Shown: positions 12,112-25,864 of the stretch, piece by piece
Numbering within the stretch: the stretch's first letter is position 1
Layout: each line of letters starts with the position of its first letter
Assembly (NCBI RefSeq): GCF_004010195.1
Contig: NC_057719.1
Location: forward strand, 43,502,619-43,566,618
Origin: Chiloscyllium plagiosum
Taxonomy: Eukaryota
Length of the DNA stretch: 64,000 nt
Direction: 5' to 3'
The notes under the pieces: model-generated
What the model saw: only the letters and a program-made list of their open reading frames with translations
Database searches by the model: none
What the model was told of the DNA's origin: nothing
Translations under genes and position numbers: made by a program

Positions 12112-13645
12112 AAAGAATGAGGATAAATCTCCTGGTCCTGACCAAAAATATCCAAGAACACTGCAAGAGGCTAGAGATGAGGTTGTCGGGGTCCTGGCTG
12201 ATATTTCTGCATCATCTTTAACCATAGGTGAAGTCCTGGAAGACTGGACATTAGCGAATGTTGTGAAATTATTCAAGACAGGCTGCAAAGAAAAGCCTGG
12301 GAACTATAGACAAATAACCCTAACATCTGTGGTGGGTAAGTTACCTGAGAAGATTCTGAGGGATAAGATTAACATGCATTTGGAAAGACAGGGTTTGATT
12401 AGGTGTAGTCAGTTTGGCTTTGTGACTGGGAGATCATGCCTTACAATTTGTTAGAGTTCTTTAATGAAGTGACCAGGAAGGTTGACAAGGGAAGGGCAGT
12501 AGACATAAGCTATATGGATTTCAGTGAGGCCTTTGATAAGGTTCCACATGGTAGGCTGCTCTGAAGGTTAGATCACATGGACTCCAGGGCAAGTTGGCAA
12601 AATTGGCTTGATGGTAGGCAGCAGAGGGTAATAGTGGAAGGATGTTTGTCAGACTGGAGGTCTGTGACTAGTGGACTGCCTCAGGGGTCAGTACTGGGCC
12701 CATTGCTGTTTGTTGTCTATATCAATGATTTGGATAAGAATATACTAGGCATGCTCAGTAAGATTGCTGATGACACTCAAATAGGAGGCATCATGGACAG
12801 TGAAGAAAGTTGTCAGAAATTACAGCAGGACCTTGATCAGCTGGGGAAGTGGGCTGAGAAATGGCAATTGGAGTTTAATATAGATAAGTGCAAGGTCTTG
12901 CATTTTGGAAAATCAAATCAAGGTAGGAGTTTCATGTTGAATCGTAGGTCCTTAAGGAGTGTAGTGAAACAGAGGGATCCTGGAGTTCAGGTACACAGTT
13001 CTCTGAAAGTGGAGTTACAGGTAGACAGGGCAGTGAGGAAGGCTTTTGGCACACTGGCCTTCATCAGTCAGGCACTGAGTATAGAAGTTGCGAAATTATG
13101 TTGCAGTTATACAGGATGTTGTTGAGGCCGCACTTGGAGTACTGTGTTCAGTTTTGGTCACCTTACTATAGGAAGAATGTTATCAAACTGAAAATAGCGT
13201 AGAAGAAATTTACAAGGGTGTATTCAGCATTCAATGGTCTGAGTTATAGGAGAGGTTGGACAAGCTAGGATCTTTTTCTTTAGAGCATAGGAGACTGAGA
13301 GGGACCTTATAAAGGTGTATAAAATCATGGGAGGCATGGATAAGGTGAATGCACTAAGTCTTTTTCTCATGGTTGGGTAATCAAGGACTAGAGAGCATCA
13401 GTTTAAGATTAGAGGGGAAAGAATAAAAGGGAACCTGAGGGGTAACTTTTTTTACACAGAGGGGGTTACACATATGGAATGAGCTGCCAGCAGGTACATT
13501 AACAACATTTAAAAGGCATTTCGACAAATACATTGTGAGGAAAGGATTAGAAGGATATGGGTCAAGTGCAGGGAAAATGGGATTAGCGTGGACGGATATT
13601 TTGGCCAGCATGGATCTCTATGCTGTACGTCTCGATGACTCTAAG
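12112..13645 (+). mobile_element. CR1 LINE, 5'-truncated with degenerate RT
   Basis: PGNYRQITLTSVVGK, SGLPQGSVLGPLLFVVYINDLD and ADDT motifs; frameshifts and stops; CR1 3' end. Confidence 0.92.
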
Positions 13646-16029
13646 ATCAGGATAGTTGTCCTGGCTCTCAGCTAACCAAAACAGATGTTTATTTATTCTT
13701 GTTTATGTAACTGTGCTTTGTATAAATTGGATGCCATGTTTTCTGACAACAATAACTACACTTGAAAACATATTTTATTAGCTATGAAATATTTTGAACT
13801 GAAATTGTGAAAGGTGCAATGAAAGTTTTTTTTTCTTTTCACAATCTCCGATTGTCTGCCAAGTAATACAATTTTCCATCGGTTCCTCTTTTTAAATGAT
13901 TTGCTTGTATCAAAAACACATGGTTATCAAGTCACTTTTAAAGTTATGGAGTCTCAAAAGAACATTTAACAAACTTAAAAATTAAATTTTATTTCCAGAT
14001 ATTAGATACATTTTACTAAATTTCACCCATGGCCTCTTGATTTTCAGACTTTGCAACTGATGATATAATATTAACTTTAGGAGATTAGTAAATAAACTTA
14101 ACAAGTTGGGTTAATTGATAGAATCATTGTTTAGACTGAGTACTTTGTTCACTTAGTTACACAATAAACAACTTGTTTACTTAGATTTTCAAATCCTAAA
14201 CTGATTCAACAGATTGTAATTTTATTATTATTTAGCACAGTCAATAAGCAACAGTATAAAAGCTCTTTATTAATTTACACTTGGAGAGGAAAAAGGGAAA
14301 AGAACCAAAGGTGGAGATACCATACCTATAACTTGTAGGTAATGTATTGTGCCTCCTCACAAGAAAACCAGTCTGAAATCTAGGAGATTTATCTGAAGAG
14401 TGCAGTATGAGCCTGAATTCTACTGGTCTGTGACACTGAAACAATATTTGTGTACATTAGACATATCTGTCACCTTGGCGTAGGTCCAGCACTCTGACCT
14501 TGAGGCCATAGTTTGTTGAGTTAAACACTTATGCAGGCTTATCCAGAAACTGCCATGACCCTGTCTTTTTTCATGTAAAACACTCCATGTCGCATTCTGA
14601 AGGGAAGCAGGAAAATATATCTTAGCCAGTATTCAGTTTTCAAAACAACCACTGAAACAGAATTCATTTCATTGCTGTTTGTGGACCTTGTACCATTTGG
14701 ATTGTCTATTTCTAAGTGTGTTCAACATGGAAGACAACTACAACTGATTCATCAGCTGAGGGGGCTGTCGGCTGTAATGGATGGTAATCACAAAGAGGTT
14801 TCCTTGCCTATTTTTGACCTGATGTAATGAAATGTCTTGGGATCAGAGTCAATGTCAAGGACTCCCAGGGCAACCCCTTCACAACCGTATATCACTGTGC
14901 CTTTCTGGCGGATCAGAACATACTCAGGAATTGTGGTATCCAGGTCATTGTCAGATATGATTCCATGAGTATGTCTTTGTTGGGTGGTTTGATACAATTG
15001 AATGGCTTGCTCAGGCCATTTCAGAAGACACCAAAGAGTTTTATTATGGAGTCATATGTAGGCTAGACGACTATGCCATGTTAAAATTGCATAAATATTT
15101 GCTAGTTGTCACTATTTGTTGAACTATATTTATGAAAGATATCATTTTTAATGCACATGCTCCTGTGTATCAGAAAACACAGCCAAAAGCAAAAGTGCAA
15201 TACTCTAACAGCGAATCACTCATGTTATTCAATGATTCAACTGAGAACCTGTGGAACATCTGCGCAAAGTAATTGGATTCACATGCTATTCAAAAGTAAA
15301 ATTTAGCTTTTGCTGTGGAGAAAATGACTGACATGATATTCTACACCGTGGTTCTTATTTAAATAATTTTCTCAATCCATTTTTAAATTTGGTCTGCAGT
15401 CACAAGCAACATTCCTACCATATGTGAGATTTCATTACATGCAGGATAGTTCAGCAAGTCAAAATATGAATATGTGACAGATAAACCATTCAATGAGAGA
15501 AATCAGCGAGTACATAGGCACACTCGAATTTACTTTGTATCACTTTAAGCAAAGTTACGATTTGTAAATAAGGGCACATTGGTAAAATCAATTTGTCTAA
15601 AGTTTTATTTCAAGTCATGTGTTAGAATTAATTTGCATAATGGAATTTTGTGTATTTTTTTTTAAGACACCAGCAAAAATAATTACATTACTATACTCTG
15701 CATCTCTTAAAATTGCATTTTAGGGTAAATAAAACAAAACCGAATAAGTCTCAAAATGTATTCAGCAAATACTATTAATTGTTAAAAATTTGTAATAAAA
15801 TTGTAGCATGTCCCTGGAGGTACTCACTGACCTTATCGTGAAGAATACAGGAAGCCTACTGACCTCTTGTTGTTTTGTTCCCAAAAATGAACCCAACATA
15901 TAAAGTTATTGCACAACTTAGTCATTACATCATGCTTCTGAGTCACTTTTTCCTATCTCAGCTTTTGTGTGTACTTTAAAGATAGGCTGCAGTTCAAAAA
16001 AATAGTCACCCTTCATACACTTGTACTAA

Positions 16030-16600
16030 GGGCATAGGAAATAAGAGCTGCAGTAGTTTATTTGGCCTTTTGCGTGTCCTATCATTTTGCATAATCATGG
16101 CTAATCTTCCACCTCTCTACACAAAATCCTCAATTCACTTTATACCTAAAAAATTATCAACCTCTGTTATGAATTCCAAAGATTCTTTGTGTGAAGGTAT
16201 TTCTCTTCATCTTAATCCTAATTGACTGACCTTTATTCTGAGATTGTTCTATATTCCTAACCAGGAGAAACGTGTTCTCAACATCTAATCTTTCATGGCC
16301 CTTAAAAATTTTAGGTACTGATCAGAACATTTCCATCTCTTATACATTCTTATGAACTCTTGAGAACATCATCTTTCCAGACAGGAAAGTTCCATTACTT
16401 AAGGAACTTTTCTTGTGAAAATTCATTGCATTCCATTTAGGGACCGTATGCCCCTCCTTAGATGGGGAGACTTAAATACCCACATTACTCCAGTGGCTTC
16501 ACCAAATTCTCTGTACAATTTTATTAAGACTTCTTTACTCATACTCCAAATCCTTTATAAGAGAAGGTAACATACCATTTCACATTGTATCATGTTGAAC
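16030..16600 (-). mobile_element. Old CR1/L2-like LINE 3' fragment
   Basis: Diverged reverse-complement similarity to the LINE 3' ends at 46155-46386 and 20918-21050. Confidence 0.5.
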
Positions 16601-16614
16601 TTCATGTACAAAAA

Positions 16615-17340
16615 TATGTTCCAAAGCCCTAAATAGGTGAAGCAGCATTTCACTTGTACTTCTTTCAATTTAGTCGACTGCACTCACTACTCACAAGGTA
16701 ACTTTCTTCACATTGCTGAGACCAAATGCAGATAGGGTGACCAATTTGTGGAACACCTCCGCTCTGTCTGTAGGAATGACCCTGACCTCCCACTTGCTCA
16801 TATTTCACAAAACCACTTTGTTTTCAAGATAACAATTCTACCCTGGACCTGCTGTAATGTTCAAATGAAACACAGCACAAGTCTGAGCAACAACACCTAA
16901 TTTTCCACTGAGGCATTTTACAATCTTGAGCTCTCAATATTAAATTCATAATTTCAGAAATTGACTACATTATGTTTGTTTCCATTTTTCTCACATTATC
17001 TCCCTTCACTTCCTCATCACGTCATGTTTCTATCTTGTTGACTTTGCACTTCGTAGCAAAGATTAATTCTCTCCCCTCACACCCTTTTTTACATTTCTTT
17101 TCTTCTTTCTCCAACATGAACAAACCTCATGGCTTTGAACCTCAATACCATCTGCCTTTTTGTTCCTCCTCTGTCTATCAAAATTATCAATTCTAACACC
17201 CTTCAGTTCTGAAGAGTCACATCAGACTTGAAATGTTAACTTTGTTTCTCTCTTCACAGATACTGCCACATCTGCTGACGTTCTCCAGCACTCTGTGTTT
17301 GTTTCAGATTTCCAGCATCTCCCATATTTTGCCTTTATTA
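16615..17340 (+). mobile_element. Degenerate Penelope-like element 3' part (GIY-YIG relic and pLTR)
   Basis: Relic of FTCTSxNL...IxETKxRxGDxFxEHLRSV at 16650-16775; degenerate hammerhead CTGAAGAGTC..GAC.TGAAATGTT near 17209. Confidence 0.6.
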
Positions 17341-17344
17341 TCTT

Positions 17345-18480
17345 GGACATTGCTGTGGCCGGAGTTCTCATAGCCTTACTTCAATGTGGAGAAGGAGATA
17401 TCAATTACAACTTGGTCAGCAAGAACAGCAGCTTCCAGAGGCTGCTGCAGAGCCTGCAGGTGGAGACACAGCAGGTGAAGATCCCTCAGTGAAGCAGAGA
17501 ATGATGAGATCTCACATTTATACACTTCACTATCATTTTATTCAAATCTCTGAAAACAGTGCTGGTGCCTGTGAAGGATATCCAAGGTCTTCTTCACTGT
17601 CATCTACTAGAGCTGTACCTTGCTCAGAAGCACTGGGTAGCTATCCCATCCCAGTGACTGGGGGATATATGTGGCACCTCCCAATTTTCATCCCGTAAAT
17701 GCACCCAGGATGTAACTGACATCATTTTCTCTGGCCTGTTGTTTCCACTGTATTGAGAAGAAAGCAGCTCAGGCAGTGGGATTCACCACCTTCGCTGGTT
17801 TCCCCAGATAGAGGATGCTAAAGACTTCAACAGTATTGCTTCAAGAGTGTCCCCTCACCAATCAGCAGAATTCATCAATAGAAAAGTCTTCCGCTCCATC
17901 GATTTTCAAATTACGTATCAGTGCAAATCTTGGAAGTCTGCACCAGATATCATGGGAGCTGTTATGACTCTTCCATACAAGAGAACCCGCAGGTTTCTAT
18001 ATCCTTCCAAGGTCTTCAGGCCATTCAAGGATAATTGCTCATGACATCTTTACATGGCCCTCAGATTGAAGATACACTCACTCTTTGTTATATACAGATA
18101 TCTGTGGATCCACATACTCTCAAGTTCAGCCCCAAACACAATTCTTTTTTCCTAGCTGACAGGTCCAAAAAGATAACATGGTCCTTCAAAGTATATAGGG
18201 AATTTCAATTATAGTACTATCAATTTTTTTGTGCTTTCTGCAGGAGGGCTGTGCCTCTATCTTCCGTGAAAACAGGATTTGGTGTACAATTCATGACTCT
18301 ACCATGGCTATAGCAGAAAATAAACGACAGCTCCTGAAGATGAGTTTTCAATGCTTGGACTGCTTCAGCGTGTGCTGTATCATTGTGTCATGCCATGTCC
18401 TTCACAATCTAGCTGGCAAACGGGGCACCTCCTGGATGCAGAAGAAAGGGGTGATTGACAGCATTCTTCTGAGAATGGAA
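17345..18480 (+). pseudogene. PIF/Harbinger DDE transposase fossil
   Basis: Ordered motif relics FAGFP, FINRKVFRSIDFQ, RYHGSCYDSSI, LMTSLHGPQ, HDSTMAIAE..LLKMSFQCLD and IIVSCHVLHNLA correspond to HARBI1-family NRKGxHSxNVQ, PGSxHDxxI, WLMTP, HxxTRxxIE..LKxRFxCL and IIxACxVLHN. Confidence 0.75.
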
Positions 18481-18959
18481 TGACAATTCAAGACAACATG
18501 AACCAGAAAACACATCTTCAAGTGCAGGAAGCCAGAGATAAACATTTTGAAACCTCGTCTATGATGAATAGCAGTTTTTGGACTTTATTTATGATTTTGG
18601 TTTTTTTAGTCTGGGAAGTAGCCCCTAGATAGTGCAAACAACATGTGGACCTTGTTATTATTGTAGTCACTGATCTTTTTTGTTGCTAAATAAATGTTTA
18701 TCTACTGATGGGAAGTCTCTAAGCTGGTGGAGGATCCAGGTAAAGGCCTAATCAGTGGTTGCTTTGAGGGTTCAGAGGCTTCCTCCTCAGAGGTGGAAGT
18801 AGAGTTGAGGGTCTCCAGTGCCAACAACTTCCTGACAGAGATTTGCGAGGTTCAGCTGGTGACTGCAATGAGACGGAAGTAGTTGTGTAAGAGGGATAAA
18901 TGTTTGTGAAGACTAAGATTGAATTTGCACTGGTATCAACAGCAGTGGAACTAGAACAG

Positions 18960-19915
18960 TGCAGCTGAGTTCCTCCCAGCCTTACAAGTGGTCTTGCTCC
19001 TCTTCAGGCAGATTGAGAATTTTCTCTTTGTGGGAAGTGGGGACCTGATGTCACCACCACAGCCCCACTGAGTCATATTCATAGAATCATACAGTATAGG
19101 AACAGACTCTTCCATCTAACTGGTCCACGTTGATCAGATATCTTAAATTTATTCAGTCCCTTTTGCCAGAATTTGGCATATATCCCTCTAAACCCTTCCT
19201 ATTCATGTTCCCATCCAGATGCCTTTTAAATATTATAATTGAACCAACCCTGCTACTTCCCCTGAGCTCATTTCATTCACACAACACCCACTGTGTGGAA
19301 AAACCTGCACCTTGGGTTCCTTTTAAATCATTCCCTCTCATCTCAAACCTATGCCCTCCGGTTTTGGACTTCCTCTCCCTGGGAAAAATAATTTGGCTAT
19401 TCACCCTATCCATTGATCTTGGCCCTCTTGTGCAATGAGACTAAGGGAAGAATTAAGGAAGTGCATTGAAGATTAGTTAGTGATGATGGAGATACAGGAG
19501 TAGTGGTGAGATGTTTACAGTGAATGAGCAAGACATGCAGACGGCGGGAATAGTTAGTAGCTTGGGACGATGAGATGAATGGATGGATGTCATACATGAA
19601 ATAGTGAGAGTTGTAGTTCATGAGCTTTAGTATCTGAAGTAGTGGAGTTAGAGTAAGTGGTAACCCTGTGTGTGAGGGGTAGCAGAGAAATGATGGCAAA
19701 TTTCCTGGCAGATTGCAGAAGACCAGTAACTGCCCTCCTACACTGCAGAATGTTCCTTTTGATTCAGAAGTGACCAGGCTTATTGTTTGTATTCAGGCTG
19801 GCAGTGTTTGGTGTAGCTTCCTCCCCATTAAAAGAGATGTCCTCTCCACTTTCCATTCCCCAGCAACTCCAGGTCCCTGTCCTGAAGTGGAGGATGACTT
19901 TTCTTTCTGGGCCAT
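18960..19915 (-). pseudogene. Harbinger Myb/SANT DNA-binding gene fossil, convergent with the transposase
   Basis: ATG at 19915: MAQKEK..F..DRDLELL...TLPA*...RNILQCRRAVTGLLQSAR (Myb/SANT-like), plus a GGG..EKIL relic near 19000-19060; interrupted by a CR1 fragment. Confidence 0.6.
19070..19415 (-). mobile_element. CR1 LINE 3' end inserted into the Harbinger fossil
   Basis: Reverse complement of the CR1 3' UTR seen at 5030-5351. Confidence 0.85.
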
Positions 19916-20917
19916 GTCTTCAAATATTTGGTGGATCTCCAAAGTATGAAGTGATGTTGCTAGCTTCCAGCATCTGCAGTGCTATGCAACTTGGCTTTTA
20001 GTATGGCGACAGCAGCATAATTGCCAGAAGGCCTCCACAGTAGTGAGCATTTCCATATATGTCTCACATGATTGCATGAGAAGGAATCAAAGAACCTAGT
20101 TAAATAATTAATTAGATGAAGAGTGGAAGATTCATGAGAATTGTCACTGCAAATGTTGGTGGACAGGCGGCATAAATCTCCCTCAATAAAACCTTTGAAC
20201 GTGGGAAATTTCCATCCAAAGACAGTGAAATTTGTGGTCATTCTGACATGCTTAGAATTAGTGGAGCCCTGGATACTCCATGGTTGATTCAATATGGTGC
20301 TGAGAACCTAAATTCAGAAGCCCTGTGCCCATTTCCAACAGGTTCTACATTTACCAGTTTGAAGAATGGTGTAAGATGGAACCTTCACATAGGGATGCCC
20401 AAATGCAGTCGGGCCATTGAACTAAGCATTGTGTTCAGTCTCCATTTTGCTGAAACAGGGGCCTTATTCTACATTTATGAGATAGAAATTTTTACATTCT
20501 ATGTAAATCTTACAAAGGATGGATAAAGTCTGCGCAACCATCAAGCCGCCATGTTATCAAAATCCCCTCACCTTTAAAAAATGATTGAAAACTGACTGTA
20601 TTTGAGAGTTAGAAAATAAATCGTGCTTGCATTTTCAACAAGTATTTGTTGACATAATCCTAAATATTATCATTGTTGCACAATGTATCAGCCCAGTATG
20701 CCCTGGAATGCAATCAGACTGGGGCAGACTCAGGGGAAACAGGACATGACTCCTTTTTGCAACACTAGCTATTGTATGTTTAAAGGTTCATCCTGAGTGG
20801 TAGTCAATGGATTAGTGAATAAGTCAGATAAATTGGCAAATGAGTAAGTGGTTGAATGTGTGAGTAAAAGAGGAAAGTGGGCAATGTGGATCTGGAGCTG
20901 TAGTCAAGTTATTGTGT

Positions 20918-21050
20918 CACAAGGAATTAAGGGCTACGGGGAAAATGCGGGTAAGTGTAGTTGAAATGCCCATCAGCCATGATTGAATGGCGGAGTGGAC
21001 TCGATGGGCCGAATGGCCTTACTTCCACTCCTATGTCTTATGGTCTTATG
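20918..21050 (+). mobile_element. Short young CR1-like LINE 3' end
   Basis: GATGGGCCGAATGGCCT..ACTCCTATGTCTTATGGTCTTATG tail; CpGs retained. Confidence 0.65.
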
Positions 21051-23451
21051 CAGATTTAATTAGTGGAGATTGGGAAGGTTAGATGGGTGGGCAGTTTTGT
21101 CTGATTGGGGGTATTTAGGTCAGGCCGGGGAGTGGGGGTGGGTCATCAAGTCAGTTTGAACACAATTGGGTAGATGGGACAGTTAGTCAGATTGGGAGAA
21201 ATTAGGAATTAGACAAATTGGAGGGTAGTCAGTTCTGGTTTGGGAAGGTTAGTGAGGTTGAGTGGTCAGTTATGGAGTTATCCAGGTATTAGAGCAGGTA
21301 TTAATCTGTCTTACAATTCCTGGATAACTGCCCAGGTAAGTACTGCAGAATTTCATCTGAAGTCTATGCCTGCAACCATTTGTGGAGGGTCCCACGGCAC
21401 AGAAGAATGCTGAGCAGAATTTTAAACTTTGTGAGAAAGTCCCATGCATGTTCATGCATCAAGAGCTCCACAGTACTTGACTAGGAAGTCTCTGATGCTT
21501 AGAGAATGAGGAAGAGGAACACAGACTGATCAGCAGGACCCCTGAGCAGGAGAAGCCTGAGAGAGACAGCAAGAGAATTTGGGGGGCAGAGAGACAAGGG
21601 AGCAGTAAGGAGTTGGAACACACTTTCAGACTGGTGGAACAGCATTGAAGAACCAGAGCTACTGACAGTGCTAAAAAGCTGGAAAATGATAGTGCAGTCC
21701 CAATGGTTACAGACCTAGGTGGATAATTTGGGCAAAACCTCTGAATTCAATAGGTCAAAAGCAGGGAAAGATCTCTTTGCATCTGGAAGACAATGTAACC
21801 AATGTACACAGTCACTAGAAGTCAACGGAACTCATTATTTGGGTAATCAGAAATCCGGAGTTAACTATTAAAACAACATCCTGAAGCATTTATAACATTG
21901 GGCAACCATCATTGTAAATTATTAATTTCTTTAAGATGTGCTTTTTCATGAATGTTTATAAAGATTTGTTAGCAGTATCTCAGTTTGAACTTATTTAACT
22001 ATTTTATTTCAGTTTTAAATTTTAAATTGTTCAATGAAGTCCCAATTTCCTAAACTTTTGAAAGTGTATTAGATATGTAAGAAATATCACTTTGATATGT
22101 AAGAAAACCATTGGTCACAAGTTCAAATAAATTAATAATATACTATTCTTTGAAATTCCTTTGAAGTATTTGTTTTCACAGTCTTTTGGCTTCCTTGAAA
22201 TCTCAGGAGTTAATTCTGAAAAGAATTTTCCCATGGATTCTAACTTCTTAATGTAAGATCGAAACAATCACAAGACTTGTGCAGATTTGAAAATTGTTAG
22301 ACTTCCTTTTAGGCCTGTGACAAGAAGTTCAAAAGAACAAACTTTGCAGAATAGTACAGGCACAACATATGTGCTTTGATAGCATTTAAACTCTAAAGCA
22401 AAGTGACTGGGTTTTGCAGAGGCAACAATTAAAAAGAAAATCTGGATAAAACTGCATATGTTTTTCTTAATCACATTATAGTCTAACTGAGTAAAAGCAA
22501 AATACTACTTATGCTGGAAATTTGAAACAAAAGCAGAAAGTACTGGGGAAACTCAACAAGCCTGGTTGCAGTGGTGGAGACAGAAACAGAGGTAAAGTTT
22601 TGAGTCCAAAGTGATTTCCACAGAATACCAGCAATTGAAAATCCTTTCGAAAAATTTATAAAAATCTGTTCCTCGATATATAACAGAAGAATCTGCTCTC
22701 CCATCATGGTCACTATTATTAGAGACAACTGCTTCTGTCATATGATTGTCCTAGTTTAATGCACTAATACATGAAAAAAATCTACAATGGTTATTTACAA
22801 ATTGGAGCTATTCAATAGAAGATAATGGTATTTAAGTTAATCCAAATTTATGAATAATAATTGACAGATAATGACCTAGTCCATCCATCCTGCCCAACAC
22901 AACTGTGATAGCTATGTAACAATATATTTACACCACTCACTCCAACCATAAATTGTAAAGAATTAAACAATCAGTTTTTATCTTTATTTTCATTTAATAT
23001 TGTTGTGTTATATTTCACAATCAGTATGTCAGTGTACCTTTTAAGAAACATATTCATAGTATCATCACTGTTTCATAGCGCATGACCCAAAAGCATAAAA
23101 GTCTCATAAACCATCTTATGTGGACCACTTGAAGTATGACATGCTACTGCAGGCATGTTCCTCTTTTGTAACCTAAGAGCTGAATGATAGCCCAGATACT
23201 TACTTGAATAACAAATGTAATGTTTGTGCATAGTAGTTTTAATAAATGTCTCTTGAATTCTTCAATACTATGTCCAGTTTCTTATGTTACAAGGGATAAC
23301 ATAAACATTGCCAAATCAGGTAAATATTCTGTTGCAGGAAAATGCATATAATAATATCTCAAAATAATTTAATATAACAAATGAATATGACTATGTAGAA
23401 TAATAGACTTAATGTAATAATATCATTGTTATGTAAATTAAAAAACAATAC

Positions 23452-24118
23452 ATTATGAAGCAGACCAACCACCGCCCCCCCGCCCCCCCCACCCAACAAC
23501 TCCCACCAAAGTATATTATGGAGATAACCTAGACCCTAACTTTTATATATTTTAAAATGCAAATATAAGGCGCTGTCTTCCAGATGTGAATCAATTCATC
23601 CACCCCAAGCTTTAACTAAAATGCACTTTATTCTTACAACACAGTTAAAATACAACAAAAGGAACAATTGGCATAACTTTATTCAACTGAAATACTTAAC
23701 AAGATCATGCATTATTTAACCACTAATCATAAACTGTTCCAGTGTAGGCAATATTCCAAAAAGACACCCTCGGCAAAGGCAATTCAGCCCAAACAATCAT
23801 TAGTCTCATGTGCTGTCTCTCTCCAATCTAATAAAAAGAAAAACCAAAAGAAACAATATGCTCTAGCAACCGAGAACTCAAGCTTTCAGCCCTGCCAGCC
23901 AGCACAAAACCACCAACTAACCAAAAGCAAAACCAAAATCCTTTGGATCTGTGAGAACCTGACACTGCCCACTCTTGATTCTTTTGTCTTATTTTAAATA
24001 AACACACCCAGAGGAAACTCAAAGCTGTTTACCAATTGCCTGTCTGAAGGAGACATTGACACCACGGTAAGAACTTCCCTCTGCAAAAGAAACAGGATGG
24101 AACATATCTCTCTTATAG
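23452..24118 (-). mobile_element. Putative solo LTR-like repeat
   Basis: Compositionally distinct block with a minus-strand AATAAA near 23630; no clear TG..CA ends or TSD verified. Confidence 0.3.
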
Positions 24119-25061
24119 GCAGAGTACTATCACAAGTGGAAGTAAAAGAGATTGAAATGCTACAGGAGAAATATTCTGGATTGTCTCCTGACGATGAAGA
24201 GATTAGATATATGCCCATAGAATTAGCCAATAAGAAATGTCTGTGGAAAAATAAAATGATGTGGAAATCCAATTACCTGAAACTACTTTTGAAAACCCAA
24301 ATTAAAAAAGATGACAGTAAAAAGAATGAGGCTGACAGATCTCTTTTAACAGAAATGCAACAGGCAGAGCTTGAATTCAGTGAACATTACCTGTCTACCC
24401 GAAACTGAATCAGAACCTATCCTTGAGTATTATTATTTAATAGACAAAGTGTTAGTGAGGAAATGGAAATCACTCAAAACCAGCCGACAAATAGAGGACA
24501 GTAGTACATCAGGTCGTACTTCCAACCGAGCATAGTAACAAACTGTTGAGTGGTGCATGAAATTGTGACAGAAAAGCCATGCTCTTAGCACTGTGCACCA
24601 GCCTACTATCACCTTACTACCCTTTCCCTGGTCCACCATCATCAGCATATTCTGATCCATCAAACTGATCCTGGTGCACTTTCATAAGCCCCCAATGGAT
24701 GCTTTCCTCTTTTGAAAAGTCAGCAATAGCCTTAAGCCCTTGTTAACCCATGCACCACTCTCTGTAGCTCTGTGCTTTAATATATGAGGAAGCATGTCAT
24801 CAGATCTGGAAGTAAATGAAAGTGCAAATAGTGGAGATGTGCAAAATGTCTGCAAAATGAGGAAGATGTGCAAAAGTCAGGGAGAGTTAGCACTTTGACA
24901 GGAAGGGGTGAGTGAGAGCTGTTGAGTGGACCTAATGCATATATTAGTGAGAGTTGTAATCCATGAACCTTGGTGAGAGGCACGTGTAGTAACAAAATAA
25001 TAGTTGTAGACCTGTGCGGCTAAGGAGAAAATAGGGGTAGCAACCCTTCTAGAGCACAAAG

Positions 25062-25281
25062 CTTTGACCTCCTTCCAGCATTTCTGGGTGTTCTACATAA
25101 CCCAGTTCAGAGAATTGGCCCAAGCTACTATCTGGGTCCAGACTAACATGGTATGGTGGCCTGGATCTTGTGATGGTCAACTGGAAAAAATGATCGCCCT
25201 CCTTGCCACCACCCTATCCATGAATACCTCCAGGTTCCTGCCCGGAAAGCAGGGATTGGGCTTTCCTTTCCTATGGGCTAT
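25062..25281 (-). pseudogene. Second Harbinger Myb/SANT gene fossil
   Basis: IAHRKGKPNPCFPGRNLEVFMDRVVARRAIIF...TMLVWTQIVAWAN...NTQKCWKEVK; start region GACATAGCCC..GAACCTGGAG is homologous to GACATGGCCC..GGACCTGGAG at 19915. Confidence 0.6.
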
Positions 25282-25864
25282 GTCCTGAATGCAGAAGCTT
25301 GAACACCGGATTGTGATGGGGCTTTCCTGCTTGCAGCATGTGAATGGATGTGCAGCAGGGTTTAAGTATGGCACCAGAGGTGTGTGGTGAATGGCTGTGT
25401 CAGTGGATCTCTGGCTATACAATTTCCCCAAGGCCACCCAAGAACCCGGTTGCACAGTTAACAAGATGGGGGAAGATTTTTTAATTCACTTGTCGGATAT
25501 AGGCATTGCTGGCTGGCCAGCCAGCAACTGTTGCTATTCATAGCTCCCCTTAAAAAGGTTTCTTGAACTGCTGCTCTCCATATATTGTAGATTAGGCCAG
25601 GAATTCCAGGATTTTCACCCAGCAAGTAAAGCAAGGGCAATATATTTCCAAGCCAGTATAGTGGGTGACTTGGCGGGGAACTTGCTGGTGGTGTTCCTGC
25701 TGTTTTTGTCCTTCCAGATGGAAGTATTTGTGTTTGGAATGTGCTGCCTAATGATCTTGTAGATAGTTCACATTATTGCTACTGTGTGTCAGTACTGAAG
25801 GGAGTGGATACTAGCTACATGAGAAAAATCCCTCCAAGCCACAGTGAAATGGGCACCATGAATC

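Noticed and set aside
15174-15268. Possible plus-strand exon (cag|KTQPKAKVQYSNSESLMLFNDSTENLWNICA|gtaatt)
   Set aside because: Short, with no recognisable homology and no partner exons; compatible with chance.
20230-21480. Additional old repeat-like blocks (also 40300-40540 and 42170-42600)
   Set aside because: They look repeat-derived, but I could not define termini, coding relics or a family.
23468-23495. C-run / G-quadruplex candidate (also the G-rich tract at 21105-21145)
   Set aside because: Low-complexity tracts inside repeat-like DNA with no supporting context.
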